From positions 1 through 16,793 of the forward strand of contig JBDLKA010000080.1 of the NCBI GenBank assembly GCA_039714075.1: 16,793 nt of DNA, read 5' to 3'. This document shows, one piece after another, positions 1-7,940 of this stretch. This DNA comes from Candidatus Krumholzibacteriota bacterium (GTDB lineage: Bacteria > Krumholzibacteriota > Krumholzibacteriia > LZORAL124-64-63). Position 1 is the stretch's first letter; every line of letters starts with the position of its first letter. The position numbers and the translations under genes were made by a program. A model generated the notes under the pieces. It was not told the DNA's origin. It made no database searches and saw nothing but the letters and a program-made list of their open reading frames with translations.

Positions 1-128
1 GCCTTGTCGGTCTCGACGTCCATCAGGGGTTCGTCCTCGCCGATCTCGCCGCCCTCGGCGACGTACCACTTGAGGATCTCGCCCTCGGCGATTCCTTCTC
101 CCAGATCAGGCAGTTTGAATTCGAACAA
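1..128 (-). CDS. pdhC: Dihydrolipoamide acyltransferase (E2) of a 2-oxoacid dehydrogenase complex, N-terminal lipoyl domain; runs off the left edge
   Basis: Absent from the ORF track; read manually. TTG start at 128 with GGGAGG RBS upstream, 16 nt after the E1beta stop. Translation [43 protein letters not shown] is a typical lipoyl domain including the ETDK lipoyl-lysine motif. Confidence 0.92.
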   Translation of the reverse strand, partial: MFEFKLPDLGEGIAEGEILKWYVAEGGEIGEDEPLMDVETDK

Positions 129-144
129 GCTGGCTGCCTCCCGG

Positions 145-1125
145 TCAGAAATTAAGGGTTTCCTCGATGGCGTGGACAACCCTGGGGGCGTTGGGTATGT
201 AGCTTTTCTCGCGCCCGAAGTAGGGCATGACCACGTCGTAGCCGGTCAGGCGTTTGACCGGCGCCTCCAGGTAGAGGAAGGCCTTGTCGTTGATGCGTGC
301 GGTGATCTCGGACGACACGCCGAAGCTGCGCGGGGCCTCCTGCACCACGACGCAGCGCCCGGTCCTGCTCACCGATTCGGTCACCGTATCACTGTCCAGC
401 GGCGAAATGGTCAAAAGATCGATGATCTCGATGCTCGTCCCGTGCTTCTTCTCCACCTCGGCCGCGGCTTTCAGGGCCGGACGCATCATGGCGCCCCAGC
501 TGACCAGGGTCAGGTCGGTGCCTTCCTGGACCACCTGCGCTTTGCCCAGGGGCATGACTTCCTCTTCGTCGGGCACATCCTCGCGGAAGGCGCGGTACGA
601 GTGTTTGGGCTCCATGAACACCACGGGATCCGGATCGCGGATGGCAGCGACCAGCAGCGCCCGCGCGTTCCGCGGACTGCTGGGGGTCACCACCTTGGCG
701 CCGGGCAAATGGGCGTAGGTGGCCTCGCGGCTTTCGCTGTGGTGTTCCAGGGCGCGCACGCCGCCGCCGTAGGGCATCCGGATCACCAGGGGCACGGTGA
801 ACTGTCCGTGGGTGCGCGAGCGCATGCGGGTGGCGTGGGCTTCGAACTGCCCCATCATCAGGAAGGCGAAGCCGGAGAACTGCATTTCGCAGACCGGTTT
901 CAGACCCGCCATGGCCATGCCGATGCTGGTGCCGAGGATGGCGCTTTCGGCCAGGGGAGTGTCCAGGACGCGTTCGGCGCCGAACTTGTCCAGCAGGCCT
1001 TCGGTCAGGCGGAACACGCCGCCGTCGACGGCCACGTCTTCGCCCAGCACGATGACATCGGTGTCTTTCGCCATTTCCTGGTGCATCGCCAGGTTGATGG
1101 CCTGAACCATGTTCAGCTTAGCCAT
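145..1125 (-). CDS. pdhB: 2-oxoacid (pyruvate or branched-chain) dehydrogenase E1 beta subunit
   Basis: 326 aa with [36 protein letters not shown] and [11 protein letters not shown] motifs. Overlaps the E1alpha stop by 8 nt and has a GGGAGG RBS. Confidence 0.95.
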   Translation of the reverse strand: MAKLNMVQAINLAMHQEMAKDTDVIVLGEDVAVDGGVFRLTEGLLDKFGAERVLDTPLAESAILGTSIGMAMAGLKPVCEMQFSGFAFLMMGQFEAHATRMRSRTHGQFTVPLVIRMPYGGGVRALEHHSESREATYAHLPGAKVVTPSSPRNARALLVAAIRDPDPVVFMEPKHSYRAFREDVPDEEEVMPLGKAQVVQEGTDLTLVSWGAMMRPALKAAAEVEKKHGTSIEIIDLLTISPLDSDTVTESVSRTGRCVVVQEAPRSFGVSSEITARINDKAFLYLEAPVKRLTGYDVVMPYFGREKSYIPNAPRVVHAIEETLNF

Positions 1126-2209
1126 GGTCGGCCTCCCTTGCGACGTTGGCCAGGAAGTCCCGGTGCTGCTCGGCGATGACCTTGTGCTCGGTGCCGAAGA
1201 CCTGCTTGAAGGGTGAATCCTGCGGCCAGTCCTTGGGCGACTCGAACTCCTTGACCGCCTCTTCGACCTGGGCCTTCACTTCGCCGCGCAAAGCCTCTTC
1301 CCTGGCGTCGTCCCAGTAGCCCTTGTCTTTCAGGTATTTGTTGAAGCGGATAAGGGGTTCCTTTTCCCAGGCGCACTTCTCCTCTTCCTCGGTGCGGTAC
1401 TTCGTGGGGTCGTCGGCGGTGGTGTGCATCATCAGGCGGTAGGTCACCGCCTCGATCAGGGTGGGGCCTTCGCCTTTGCGGGCCCGGTCCAGCGCTTCAC
1501 CTATGGCCACGTGCATGGCCAACGGATCATTGCCGTCGACCTGCAGGCAGGGCATCCCGTAGGCGATGCCCTTCTGGGCGATGGTTTCGCTGGCGGTCTG
1601 GCTTTCGCGGGGAATCGAGATGGCCCACTGGTTGTTCTGCACGATGTAGACCACCGGCAGCTTCCACACCGCGGCGAAGTTCAGCCCCTCGTGGAAATCG
1701 CCCTCGCTGGTGCCGCCGTCGCCGATGAAACAGACGGTCGCCGAATCCTCGCCCTTGTAACGGCCGGCCCAGGCCAGACCGGCCGCGTGCTCGATCTGGC
1801 ACCCGATGACCACGCTGATGGGCAGGATCCGCAATTCCTTGTCGGGCAGGACATTGCCCTCTTCCCAGCCGTTGTAGTAATAAAGGGTCGAGGTCAACGG
1901 TTCGCCGCGCACCAGGCGGCCGCCCAGTTCGCGGAACGCGCCCACGAACCAGTCCTTCTCCTTCATGGCCAGCGCCACGGGAATGGAGATGGCCTCCTGG
2001 CCGGTATTGGGCGGAAAAGTGCCCAGGCGGCCCTGGCGCTGGAGCTTGAGCATGCGCTCGTCCAGTTCGCGGGCCAGCCGCATCCAGCGGTACATTTCCA
2101 GGAGGTCATCCTCGCTCAGCTTCGGCTCGAGCTTGGCGTCGAGTTTGCCGTTCTCGTCGAGGATGGACAGGTGCTGGACGGAAAATTTCGCGATCTGCTT
2201 TCTTGGCAT
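1118..2209 (-). CDS. pdhA: 2-oxoacid (pyruvate or branched-chain) dehydrogenase E1 alpha subunit
   Basis: ThDP-binding motif GDGGTSEGDFHEGLNFAAVWKLPVVYIVQNN, plus LQRQGR, GQEA and YRLMMHTTADDPTKYR. Start reassigned from 2407 to ATG 2209 (MPRKQIAK..., 363 aa) with an AAGGA RBS. Substrate specificity cannot be settled from motifs. Confidence 0.93.
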   Translation of the reverse strand: MPRKQIAKFSVQHLSILDENGKLDAKLEPKLSEDDLLEMYRWMRLARELDERMLKLQRQGRLGTFPPNTGQEAISIPVALAMKEKDWFVGAFRELGGRLVRGEPLTSTLYYYNGWEEGNVLPDKELRILPISVVIGCQIEHAAGLAWAGRYKGEDSATVCFIGDGGTSEGDFHEGLNFAAVWKLPVVYIVQNNQWAISIPRESQTASETIAQKGIAYGMPCLQVDGNDPLAMHVAIGEALDRARKGEGPTLIEAVTYRLMMHTTADDPTKYRTEEEEKCAWEKEPLIRFNKYLKDKGYWDDAREEALRGEVKAQVEEAVKEFESPKDWPQDSPFKQVFGTEHKVIAEQHRDFLANVAREADHG

Positions 2210-2377
2210 CCACGGGTCCTTCGTTAAAATCTTTGGTGGCGGAAGCGATGTGCACACGTATCCACCCGGCCCTGTGGGCACAGGCGGAGCAAGCCACCGG
2301 AATGTTGACAAAACGGGCCGGAGGGCGGCCCCGAAGCTGTTTTCGGAGAGGCTCCCGGCCCGGGAATTTCTCGCTAC

Positions 2378-2407
2378 ATGATAGCAGGCGGGGCTTGTTA
2401 TCGCCAA
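2378..2407 (-). promoter_or_regulatory. Putative sigma70 promoter for the pdh operon
   Basis: Minus strand TTGGCG (2407-2402), 18-nt spacer, then TATCAT (2383-2378) preceded by TGC, an extended -10. Confidence 0.4.
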
Positions 2408-2541
2408 TCCCGGATTTTTTCAGGTTCGTTTCCATGGCGTTCAATTGGATCTGGCCATTCAGCGGCAAAATGTCTACCCTTTGGGGTAATCAACGTAACC
2501 TGTTTCCCTTTAAGGGGATGTTTTTTCGCGGAGGCGGGACC

Positions 2542-3060
2542 ATGCTCAGTAAAAAGCTCCTGGACGCACTGAACCAGCAGATCAACGACGAATACTACTC
2601 CAGCTACATCTACCAGGCGATGGTGGCCTATTTCGAGGATATGAATCTCGACGGCTGTGCGCACTGGATGAAGATGCAGGCCGAGGAGGAACACCTGCAC
2701 GCCCTGAAGATCTTCGACTACGTGATCGAGCGCGGCGGCCGGGTCGAGTTGTTCGCCGTTGCCCAGCCCCCCAAGGAGTGGGACAGCCCGCGGGCCGCCT
2801 TCGAGTCCGCGCTGGAGCACGAAAAGTTCATGACCGAAAACATTTCCAAGCTGGTCGATCTGGCCATCGCCGAGCGCGACCACGCCACCAACAACTTGAT
2901 GCAGTGGTACGTCTCGGAGCAGGTCGAGGAAGAGGCCACGGTGGACGACATCCTCAAGAAGCTGGACATGATGGGCGACACCGGCACCGGCCTGTTCCTG
3001 ATGGACCGGGAGTTGATGAAACGCCCGACACCGTCGCCGATCGATCAGGCCGGCGCCTGA
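2542..3060 (+). CDS. ftnA: Non-heme ferritin
   Basis: ATG 2542 with GGAGG RBS; 172 aa. MLSKKLLDALNQQINDEYYSSYIY, QAEEEHLHA, LEHE, DHAT and QWYVSEQVEEE carry the ferroxidase-centre residues. The longer ORF start at 2203 is rejected. Confidence 0.93.
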   Translation: MLSKKLLDALNQQINDEYYSSYIYQAMVAYFEDMNLDGCAHWMKMQAEEEHLHALKIFDYVIERGGRVELFAVAQPPKEWDSPRAAFESALEHEKFMTENISKLVDLAIAERDHATNNLMQWYVSEQVEEEATVDDILKKLDMMGDTGTGLFLMDRELMKRPTPSPIDQAGA

Positions 3061-3085
3061 ATTCCTGCGACAGCCGGATGATGAG

Positions 3086-3113
3086 GAAGGCCCCCCGGGG
3101 GGCCTTCTTTTTT
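3086..3113 (+). terminator. Intrinsic terminator of ftnA (perfect 22-bp palindrome plus U6 tract)
   Basis: GAAGGCCCCCC|GGGGGGCCTTC (3086-3107) followed by TTTTTT, 25 nt after the ferritin stop. Confidence 0.85.
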
Positions 3114-3141
3114 GACAACACCAACGGATTTTCTTTATAAT
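3112..3141 (+). promoter_or_regulatory. Consensus sigma70 promoter for the FlgD-tail gene
   Basis: TTGACA (3112-3117), 18-nt spacer, TATAAT (3136-3141). Both hexamers are perfect consensus, and the -35 overlaps the terminator U-tract. Confidence 0.75.
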
Positions 3142-3190
3142 ATCCCTGACCGGGGCATGCCTGTTTTTGGGGCGTAGGGGAGAGGAAAGA

Positions 3191-5017
3191 ATGAATCCCC
3201 GACTCATTCTGACCGTGGCCACCGTCCTCGGTGGCCTATTTGCGGCATCCTGCCTGTTTGCCGCAGAAGATTTATCCATTCAACCCACTTCGGAAAAAGC
3301 CTACGTGGTCGATGGACACGTCAACCACACAGTGGGCAACCTCCACAATCACGTCACCAACTTCGGACTGATGGGGTCACGGCCCAGCGTACCTTCGTCC
3401 TTCAGCCATGCCCCGTCAGCCCGCTGGGGCGGGGTCAATTACCTGTGGTCGGCCGGTGTGTGGATCGGCGGAACAATGCTTGGCGTCCCGATGGTCTCCA
3501 CGGGCCAGTACCAAAAGGAATTCCGTTCGACCCTGGCCGCGGGCGACACCATCTTCGCCACGGCCCGGGGGGCGCTGGGAGGCACCCGTTTTCCCTGGCC
3601 CGGTGCCGACGATGATGGCGATGGATTCGAAGACGAAGACCCACTCGACGGCCTGGACAACGATCTGGACGGACTGATCGACGAGGACTTCGCGGCCATC
3701 GGTGACCAGCATTTCCGCTGCACCATGGCGGACGACCTGCCCGAAATCATTCAGGACTACCCCGATCACGCGCCTTTGAACCTGAAGATCGTGCAGGAGT
3801 CATTCCAGTGGGCAGAACCGCTGGCCGCCGATTTCATCGGCTATGAATACCGGATCACCAACAACGGAGCCACCGATATCGACGGCCTGCACTGCGGCAT
3901 CTTTGCCGATTTCGACATCGGCGCCCAGGCGAACGACGAACTGGCGGGAAGTTGGGTGGGAATGATTCAAGCACCGGACGGCAGTTTCCGCCCGGTGTCG
4001 GTAGGCTGGATGCGTGACGTGGCGTCCCTGAATCCGGCGCCCGGCTGGGTGGGCTTCGTCATGTGCGGCGTCGAAACCGATGCGGCCGCCGGCCCTCCGG
4101 CCGATCCGATGGCCATGCCCTCTTTCCAGAGATTCTCGGGGATGGAGACTTTCGAGAACGGGGGCGATCCCACCAACGATGCGGAACGATACGAACTTCT
4201 TCATCTTGTCGGCCGGGATCCCGACGTTCTGCCGGGAATGGAAAACGATTACCGGTTGCTGATGTCCACGCCGGAAATCACGACCCTGGCCCCGGGCGAA
4301 ACGGTCACCTTCCGGTTCGCCCTGGTGATCGGAAGCAGTAAGACCGCGATGCTCGACAGCGCGCTTGAAGCCGTGGTCACTGCCGGGGGCATGAGTTTCG
4401 ACCGTGACGGCGACCCGGCCAATGGCGAAGAGTTCCACGTTCCGTGGATCCGGCCCGACGACGTGCCCGTTCCCGCGGTGACCGGCCATCTGCAGGCCAG
4501 TCTGGGCCCCGAGACGGTGTCCCTGGTTTTTGATGTCCAGCATGCGGAATTCGGTGGAGCCGCGGTCGATCGCCGACAGTCGCAGGGCGTGCCGCCGCGC
4601 ACCTGGCGGGCCGACCGGTTCAACGGCAGCATCATCGATGACGACAAGGTCGGCTGGCCGCGGATCTACGACCTGAAATTGAAGTCGGACGACGGTCCCG
4701 ACCTGGTGCTGGACACCGTTGAGGTGAAGCGTCCGCCCAAGGCGCGGTTGTTGTTGGATCCCTTTCCGAATCCCTTCAATCCCCGCCTGACGGTCAAGTA
4801 TTCGCTGCCGTCGGCGGGATCCGCACGGCTGGAGATCCTCGACTTGAAAGGTCAGGTGGTGAAGGTTCTCTTCGACGGGCACCGACCGGCGGGCGCCGAC
4901 CGGATCGACTGGAACGGTCTGGACGGCCGTGGCCGGGCGGCGGCCAGCGGGGTCTACCTCGTGCGCCTGGTCTCGGACCTGAAAACCACCCAGCAGCAGG
5001 TCACCCTTTTGCGCTGA
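3191..5017 (+). CDS. Secreted protein with Asp-rich Ca-binding-like loops and a C-terminal FlgD Ig-like / T9SS-CTD-like domain
   Basis: ATG 3191 with AGAGGA RBS; 608 aa. Signal peptide MNPRLILTVATVLGGLFAASCLFA; DDDGDGFEDEDPLDGLDNDLDGLIDED at 3608-3688; C-terminal PFPNPFNP...YSLP...LEILDLKGQVVK...WNGLDGRGRAAASGVYLVRL is the typical FlgD_ig tail. Confidence 0.8.
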   Translation: MNPRLILTVATVLGGLFAASCLFAAEDLSIQPTSEKAYVVDGHVNHTVGNLHNHVTNFGLMGSRPSVPSSFSHAPSARWGGVNYLWSAGVWIGGTMLGVPMVSTGQYQKEFRSTLAAGDTIFATARGALGGTRFPWPGADDDGDGFEDEDPLDGLDNDLDGLIDEDFAAIGDQHFRCTMADDLPEIIQDYPDHAPLNLKIVQESFQWAEPLAADFIGYEYRITNNGATDIDGLHCGIFADFDIGAQANDELAGSWVGMIQAPDGSFRPVSVGWMRDVASLNPAPGWVGFVMCGVETDAAAGPPADPMAMPSFQRFSGMETFENGGDPTNDAERYELLHLVGRDPDVLPGMENDYRLLMSTPEITTLAPGETVTFRFALVIGSSKTAMLDSALEAVVTAGGMSFDRDGDPANGEEFHVPWIRPDDVPVPAVTGHLQASLGPETVSLVFDVQHAEFGGAAVDRRQSQGVPPRTWRADRFNGSIIDDDKVGWPRIYDLKLKSDDGPDLVLDTVEVKRPPKARLLLDPFPNPFNPRLTVKYSLPSAGSARLEILDLKGQVVKVLFDGHRPAGADRIDWNGLDGRGRAAASGVYLVRLVSDLKTTQQQVTLLR

Positions 5018-5038
5018 CCGGAACATCGGACCCACACA

Positions 5039-5064
5039 CGGAAGGCCCCCCGGGGGGCCTTCCG
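5039..5064. repeat. Second copy of the GAAGGCCCCCCGGGGGGCCTTC palindrome (26-bp perfect palindrome here); REP-like or terminator-like stem
   Basis: CGGAAGGCCCCCC|GGGGGGCCTTCCG. The 23 bp at 5040-5062 are identical to 3085-3107. No U-tract follows this copy. Confidence 0.85.
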
Positions 5065-5103
5065 GACAAATATCCCCACCCAATTCCAATGATTTCAAGC
5101 CCC

Positions 5104-5133
5104 TTGCGGGTTCGCCCCTTCGGCTGGTACACT
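5104..5133 (+). promoter_or_regulatory. Putative sigma70 promoter of the HMGCS-thiolase-DUF35 operon
   Basis: TTGCGG (5104-5109), 18-nt spacer, then TACACT (5128-5133) preceded by TGG, an extended -10; 44 nt upstream of the ATG. Confidence 0.5.
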
Positions 5134-5177
5134 GCCGGTTATCGAAAACCAAACATCAGCCAGCAAAGGGGACGCTC

Positions 5178-6227
5178 ATGTACGGTATTGTCGGTTATGG
5201 CTCCTACGTTCCGCGGTTCCGCATCAAGGCGGAGAACATCGCGAACCAGTGGGGAGCCGACGCGGAAGCCTTCAAACGCGGACTTCTCCTCGAGGAAAAA
5301 ACAGTTCCCGGTCCGGACGAGGACACGATCACCATCAGCGTGACGGCCGCCCGGCACGCCGTCACGCGCGCGGGGATCGATCCGCAGAAGATCGGGGCCT
5401 GCTACATCGGGTCCGAAAGCCATCCCTATGCGGTCAAGCCTTCGGGAACGGTGTTGATAGACGCCATCGGCTGCGGCCCGGAATGCCATGTGGCGGACTA
5501 CGAGTTCGCCTGCAAGGCCGGCAGCGAGGCCATGTACGTGGCCTACTCGCACGTCAAGGCGGGCGAGATGGAATACGCCCTGGGCATCGGCGCGGACACC
5601 AGCCAGGGGGCGCCCGGCGACGCCCTGGAATACACCGCCAGCGCCGGCGGGGCGGCCTTCATCATGGGCAGTGAAAACGTGGCCGCCGAAATCCTGCACA
5701 CCTACTCCTTCACCAGCGACACGCCCGACTTCTGGCGGCGCGAAGGGGAGTTCTACCCCCGGCACGCCGGCCGTTTCACCGGCGATCCCGCCTACTTCCA
5801 TCATGTGCTGAATTCGGCGCGCGGCATCCTGGAAAAGGCGAACATGAAAGCCGCGGATTTCAAGTACGCCGTCTTCCACATGCCCAACGGCAAGTTCCCG
5901 CTGAAGGCCGGCAAGATCCTGGGCTTCAAGCAGGAGCAACTGGAGCAGGGCTGGGTGGTGAACCTGATGGGCAACACCTACAGCGGGTCGTCGCCCACCG
6001 GCCTGGCGGCCATCCTGGACGTGGCCCGGCCCGGCGACAACATCCTGATGACCTCGTTCGGCAGCGGCGCGGGTTCGGACAGTTTCATCTACCGTTGCAC
6101 CGACCGTCTGCCGCAGATCCAGGATCTGGCGCCCAAGGTTCGCGACCAGCTCGCCGACCGGCGCATCCACCTGGATTACGGAAAATACGTGGCCTATCGC
6201 GGCAAGATCCGCGTCAACGAAATGTAG
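5178..6227 (+). CDS. Hydroxymethylglutaryl-CoA synthase, archaeal type
   Basis: 349 aa with [30 protein letters not shown] (Glu80), EFACKAG (Cys112), [16 protein letters not shown] (His234), GNTYSG and SFGSGAGSD. These motifs and the ~350-aa length match archaeal HMGCS rather than the Firmicute MvaS pattern. Confidence 0.92.
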   Translation: MYGIVGYGSYVPRFRIKAENIANQWGADAEAFKRGLLLEEKTVPGPDEDTITISVTAARHAVTRAGIDPQKIGACYIGSESHPYAVKPSGTVLIDAIGCGPECHVADYEFACKAGSEAMYVAYSHVKAGEMEYALGIGADTSQGAPGDALEYTASAGGAAFIMGSENVAAEILHTYSFTSDTPDFWRREGEFYPRHAGRFTGDPAYFHHVLNSARGILEKANMKAADFKYAVFHMPNGKFPLKAGKILGFKQEQLEQGWVVNLMGNTYSGSSPTGLAAILDVARPGDNILMTSFGSGAGSDSFIYRCTDRLPQIQDLAPKVRDQLADRRIHLDYGKYVAYRGKIRVNEM

Positions 6228-6241
6228 AAAGGGGGAGGACA

Positions 6242-7396
6242 ATGAGAGACGTAGCTGTTATCGGAGTCGGCATGACGGAATTCGGCGAACTCTGGCAGAC
6301 CCCCTTGCGGGATCTGTACGCGCAGGCCGTCAACGAATGCCTCAAGGACGCGCTGGTCGACCGGAGCCAGATCCAGTCGGCCTGGATCGGCTGCATGAGC
6401 AGCGGCCTGTTCAACCACCAGGAACACCTGGCCTCGATCCTGAGCGATTACGCGGGGCTGAACGGAATCTCCGCCACGCGGGTCGAAAGCGCCTGCGCCT
6501 CGGGCGGGGCGGCGTTCCGCGCGGCCTATCTCGAGGTGGCCAGCGGGGCGAGTGATTTCGTGCTGGCCGGCGGCGTCGAGAAGATGAACGACGGCGCCGA
6601 CGCCACCTTCTGTCTGGCGACGGCGGCCGACCAGGAGTACGAGGTCTACCACGGGGTCACCTTCCCCGGCCTGTACGCCATGATCGCCAACGCCCACATG
6701 CATAAACACGGTACGACCTATGACATGCTGGTGGAAGTGGCGGTGAAGAACCACAGGCACGGGGCCAAAAACCCCAAGGCTCAGTTCCCCGCCGAGATCA
6801 CCGCCGACACGGTCAGGAACGCCGTGCGGGTGGCCGAGCCCCTGGGGCTTTTCGATTGCTCACCGGTGACCGACGGCGCCGCCGCGGTTCTGCTGGCGCC
6901 GGTCGAGGTGGCGAAGGATCTGGGCAAGCCGCTGGTCACGATCAAGGGTTCGGGCCACGCGGTCGACGCCATCGCCCTGCACGACCGCCGGGATCCCTCG
7001 CGGATTCCCTCGGTGGGCATGGCGGCGCACAAGGCTTTCGAACACGCCGGCGTCACCGCCCGGGACATCGATTTCTGCGAGGTCCACGACTGCTTCACCA
7101 TTGCGGAACTCTGCTGCCTGGAGGAGATCGGTTTCTACGAGGCCGGACAAGCGGGTGCCGCGACCCTGGCCGGTGAGACGGCCCTGGGCGGCAAACTGCC
7201 GGTCAATACTTCGGGCGGGCTCAAGAGCAAGGGCCACCCCGTCGGCGCGACGGGCGTGGGTCAGATCGTGGAAGTCTACGAGCAGCTTGCCGGACGCAGC
7301 GGCGCCCGGCAGGTGGCCGGCGCCCGCCTGGGCCTGGCGCAGAACATGGGCGGCAGCGGCGGCAGCAGCGTCGTTCACATCCTGGAGGTGAAGTGA
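6242..7396 (+). CDS. Acetyl-CoA C-acetyltransferase (acetoacetyl-CoA thiolase), archaeal/SCP-x-like type
   Basis: ATG 6242 with GGAGG RBS; 384 aa. [27 protein letters not shown] (Cys85), [40 protein letters not shown] and AQNMGGSG. The upstream start at 6095 is rejected because it lies inside HMGCS. Confidence 0.92.
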   Translation: MRDVAVIGVGMTEFGELWQTPLRDLYAQAVNECLKDALVDRSQIQSAWIGCMSSGLFNHQEHLASILSDYAGLNGISATRVESACASGGAAFRAAYLEVASGASDFVLAGGVEKMNDGADATFCLATAADQEYEVYHGVTFPGLYAMIANAHMHKHGTTYDMLVEVAVKNHRHGAKNPKAQFPAEITADTVRNAVRVAEPLGLFDCSPVTDGAAAVLLAPVEVAKDLGKPLVTIKGSGHAVDAIALHDRRDPSRIPSVGMAAHKAFEHAGVTARDIDFCEVHDCFTIAELCCLEEIGFYEAGQAGAATLAGETALGGKLPVNTSGGLKSKGHPVGATGVGQIVEVYEQLAGRSGARQVAGARLGLAQNMGGSGGSSVVHILEVK

Positions 7397-7788
7397 TGAT
7401 TTCTCCGCGATACCACCGGGAAATTCCCCAGCGCTACCGCCTGGAGGCCGGCCAGTGTAACGGCTGCCAGGAAATCCATTTTCCGCCACGCGCGGTCTGC
7501 CGCAAGTGCGGCGGCGAGGAATTCACCACCATCAACCTGCCGACCAGCGGCAAGGTGGTCACCCACACGGTGTGCTGGATCCCGCCGGCGGAATTCGACA
7601 ACCAGAAGCCCTACGTGAACGCCATCGTCGAGTTGGACAACGGCACCCGGTTGACCTGCATGGTCTGCGAGGCGCCGCCCGACGAGGTGACCGTGGGCAC
7701 GAAGGTGGAAATCGTCTTCCGCAAGCTGCAGGAAGAGCCCAAGTGGGAGGTCATCAAGTACGGCTACAAGGCGCGGGTGGTTCCCTAG
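7396..7788 (+). CDS. DUF35-family Zn-ribbon plus OB-fold protein (thiolase/HMGCS scaffold subunit)
   Basis: CNGC-x10-CRKC zinc ribbon (QCNGCQEIHFPPRAVCRKC), then GKVVTHT...PY...VELDNG...VGTKVEIVFRKL...IKYGYK. Translationally coupled to the thiolase through TGATG, with GGAGG at 7384-7388. Alternative GTG start at 7393. Confidence 0.9.
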   Translation: MISPRYHREIPQRYRLEAGQCNGCQEIHFPPRAVCRKCGGEEFTTINLPTSGKVVTHTVCWIPPAEFDNQKPYVNAIVELDNGTRLTCMVCEAPPDEVTVGTKVEIVFRKLQEEPKWEVIKYGYKARVVP

Positions 7789-7810
7789 CGGGTTGGGCCG
7801 TGCATCCATA

Positions 7811-7852
7811 ATGGCCACACTTTGCGGCGGTGCCGCCGCGGGGTGTGGCCAT
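7811..7852 (+). terminator. Long stem-loop 3' of the DUF35 gene (atypical terminator or mRNA-stabilising hairpin)
   Basis: ATGGCCACACTTTGCGGCGG-TG-CCGCCGCGGGGTGTGGCCAT gives a ~19-bp stem with three U-G wobble pairs and no U-tract. Confidence 0.55.
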
Positions 7853-7940
7853 CGTTCGACTCTCATGGAGGAGAAGGTGGATCTGGCCGGTTGATAACCC
7901 GAAGTGGGAATTGATTTTGAAGATTATTATTGAATTCCTG

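Noticed and set aside
2305..2310. Plus-strand TTGACA as the ferritin -35
   Set aside because: No -10-like hexamer at 16-18 nt; the following sequence is GC-rich.
2203..2541. N-terminal extensions of ferritin (start 2203) and E1alpha (start 2407) given by the ORF track
   Set aside because: They overlap each other and the regulatory region. The RBS and family-typical N-termini support starts at 2542 and 2209.
3085..5064. CRISPR array or IS element based on the repeated palindrome
   Set aside because: Only two copies ~1.95 kb apart, with no spacers, cas genes, transposase or terminal inverted repeats.
5178..7788. Interpretation as PhlABC (2,4-diacetylphloroglucinol acetyltransferase) or a polyketide beta-branching cassette
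   Set aside because: The three folds are shared with PhlABC, but the HMGCS Glu/Cys/His triad and archaeal thiolase motifs ([19 protein letters not shown]) are intact. No phlD/type III PKS, ACP or ECH genes are nearby.
7918..7932. Fur-box-like TGAAGAT-T-ATTATTG
   Set aside because: Only 10 of 14 matches to the 7-1-7 consensus within an AT-rich stretch, and the downstream gene has no evident iron link.
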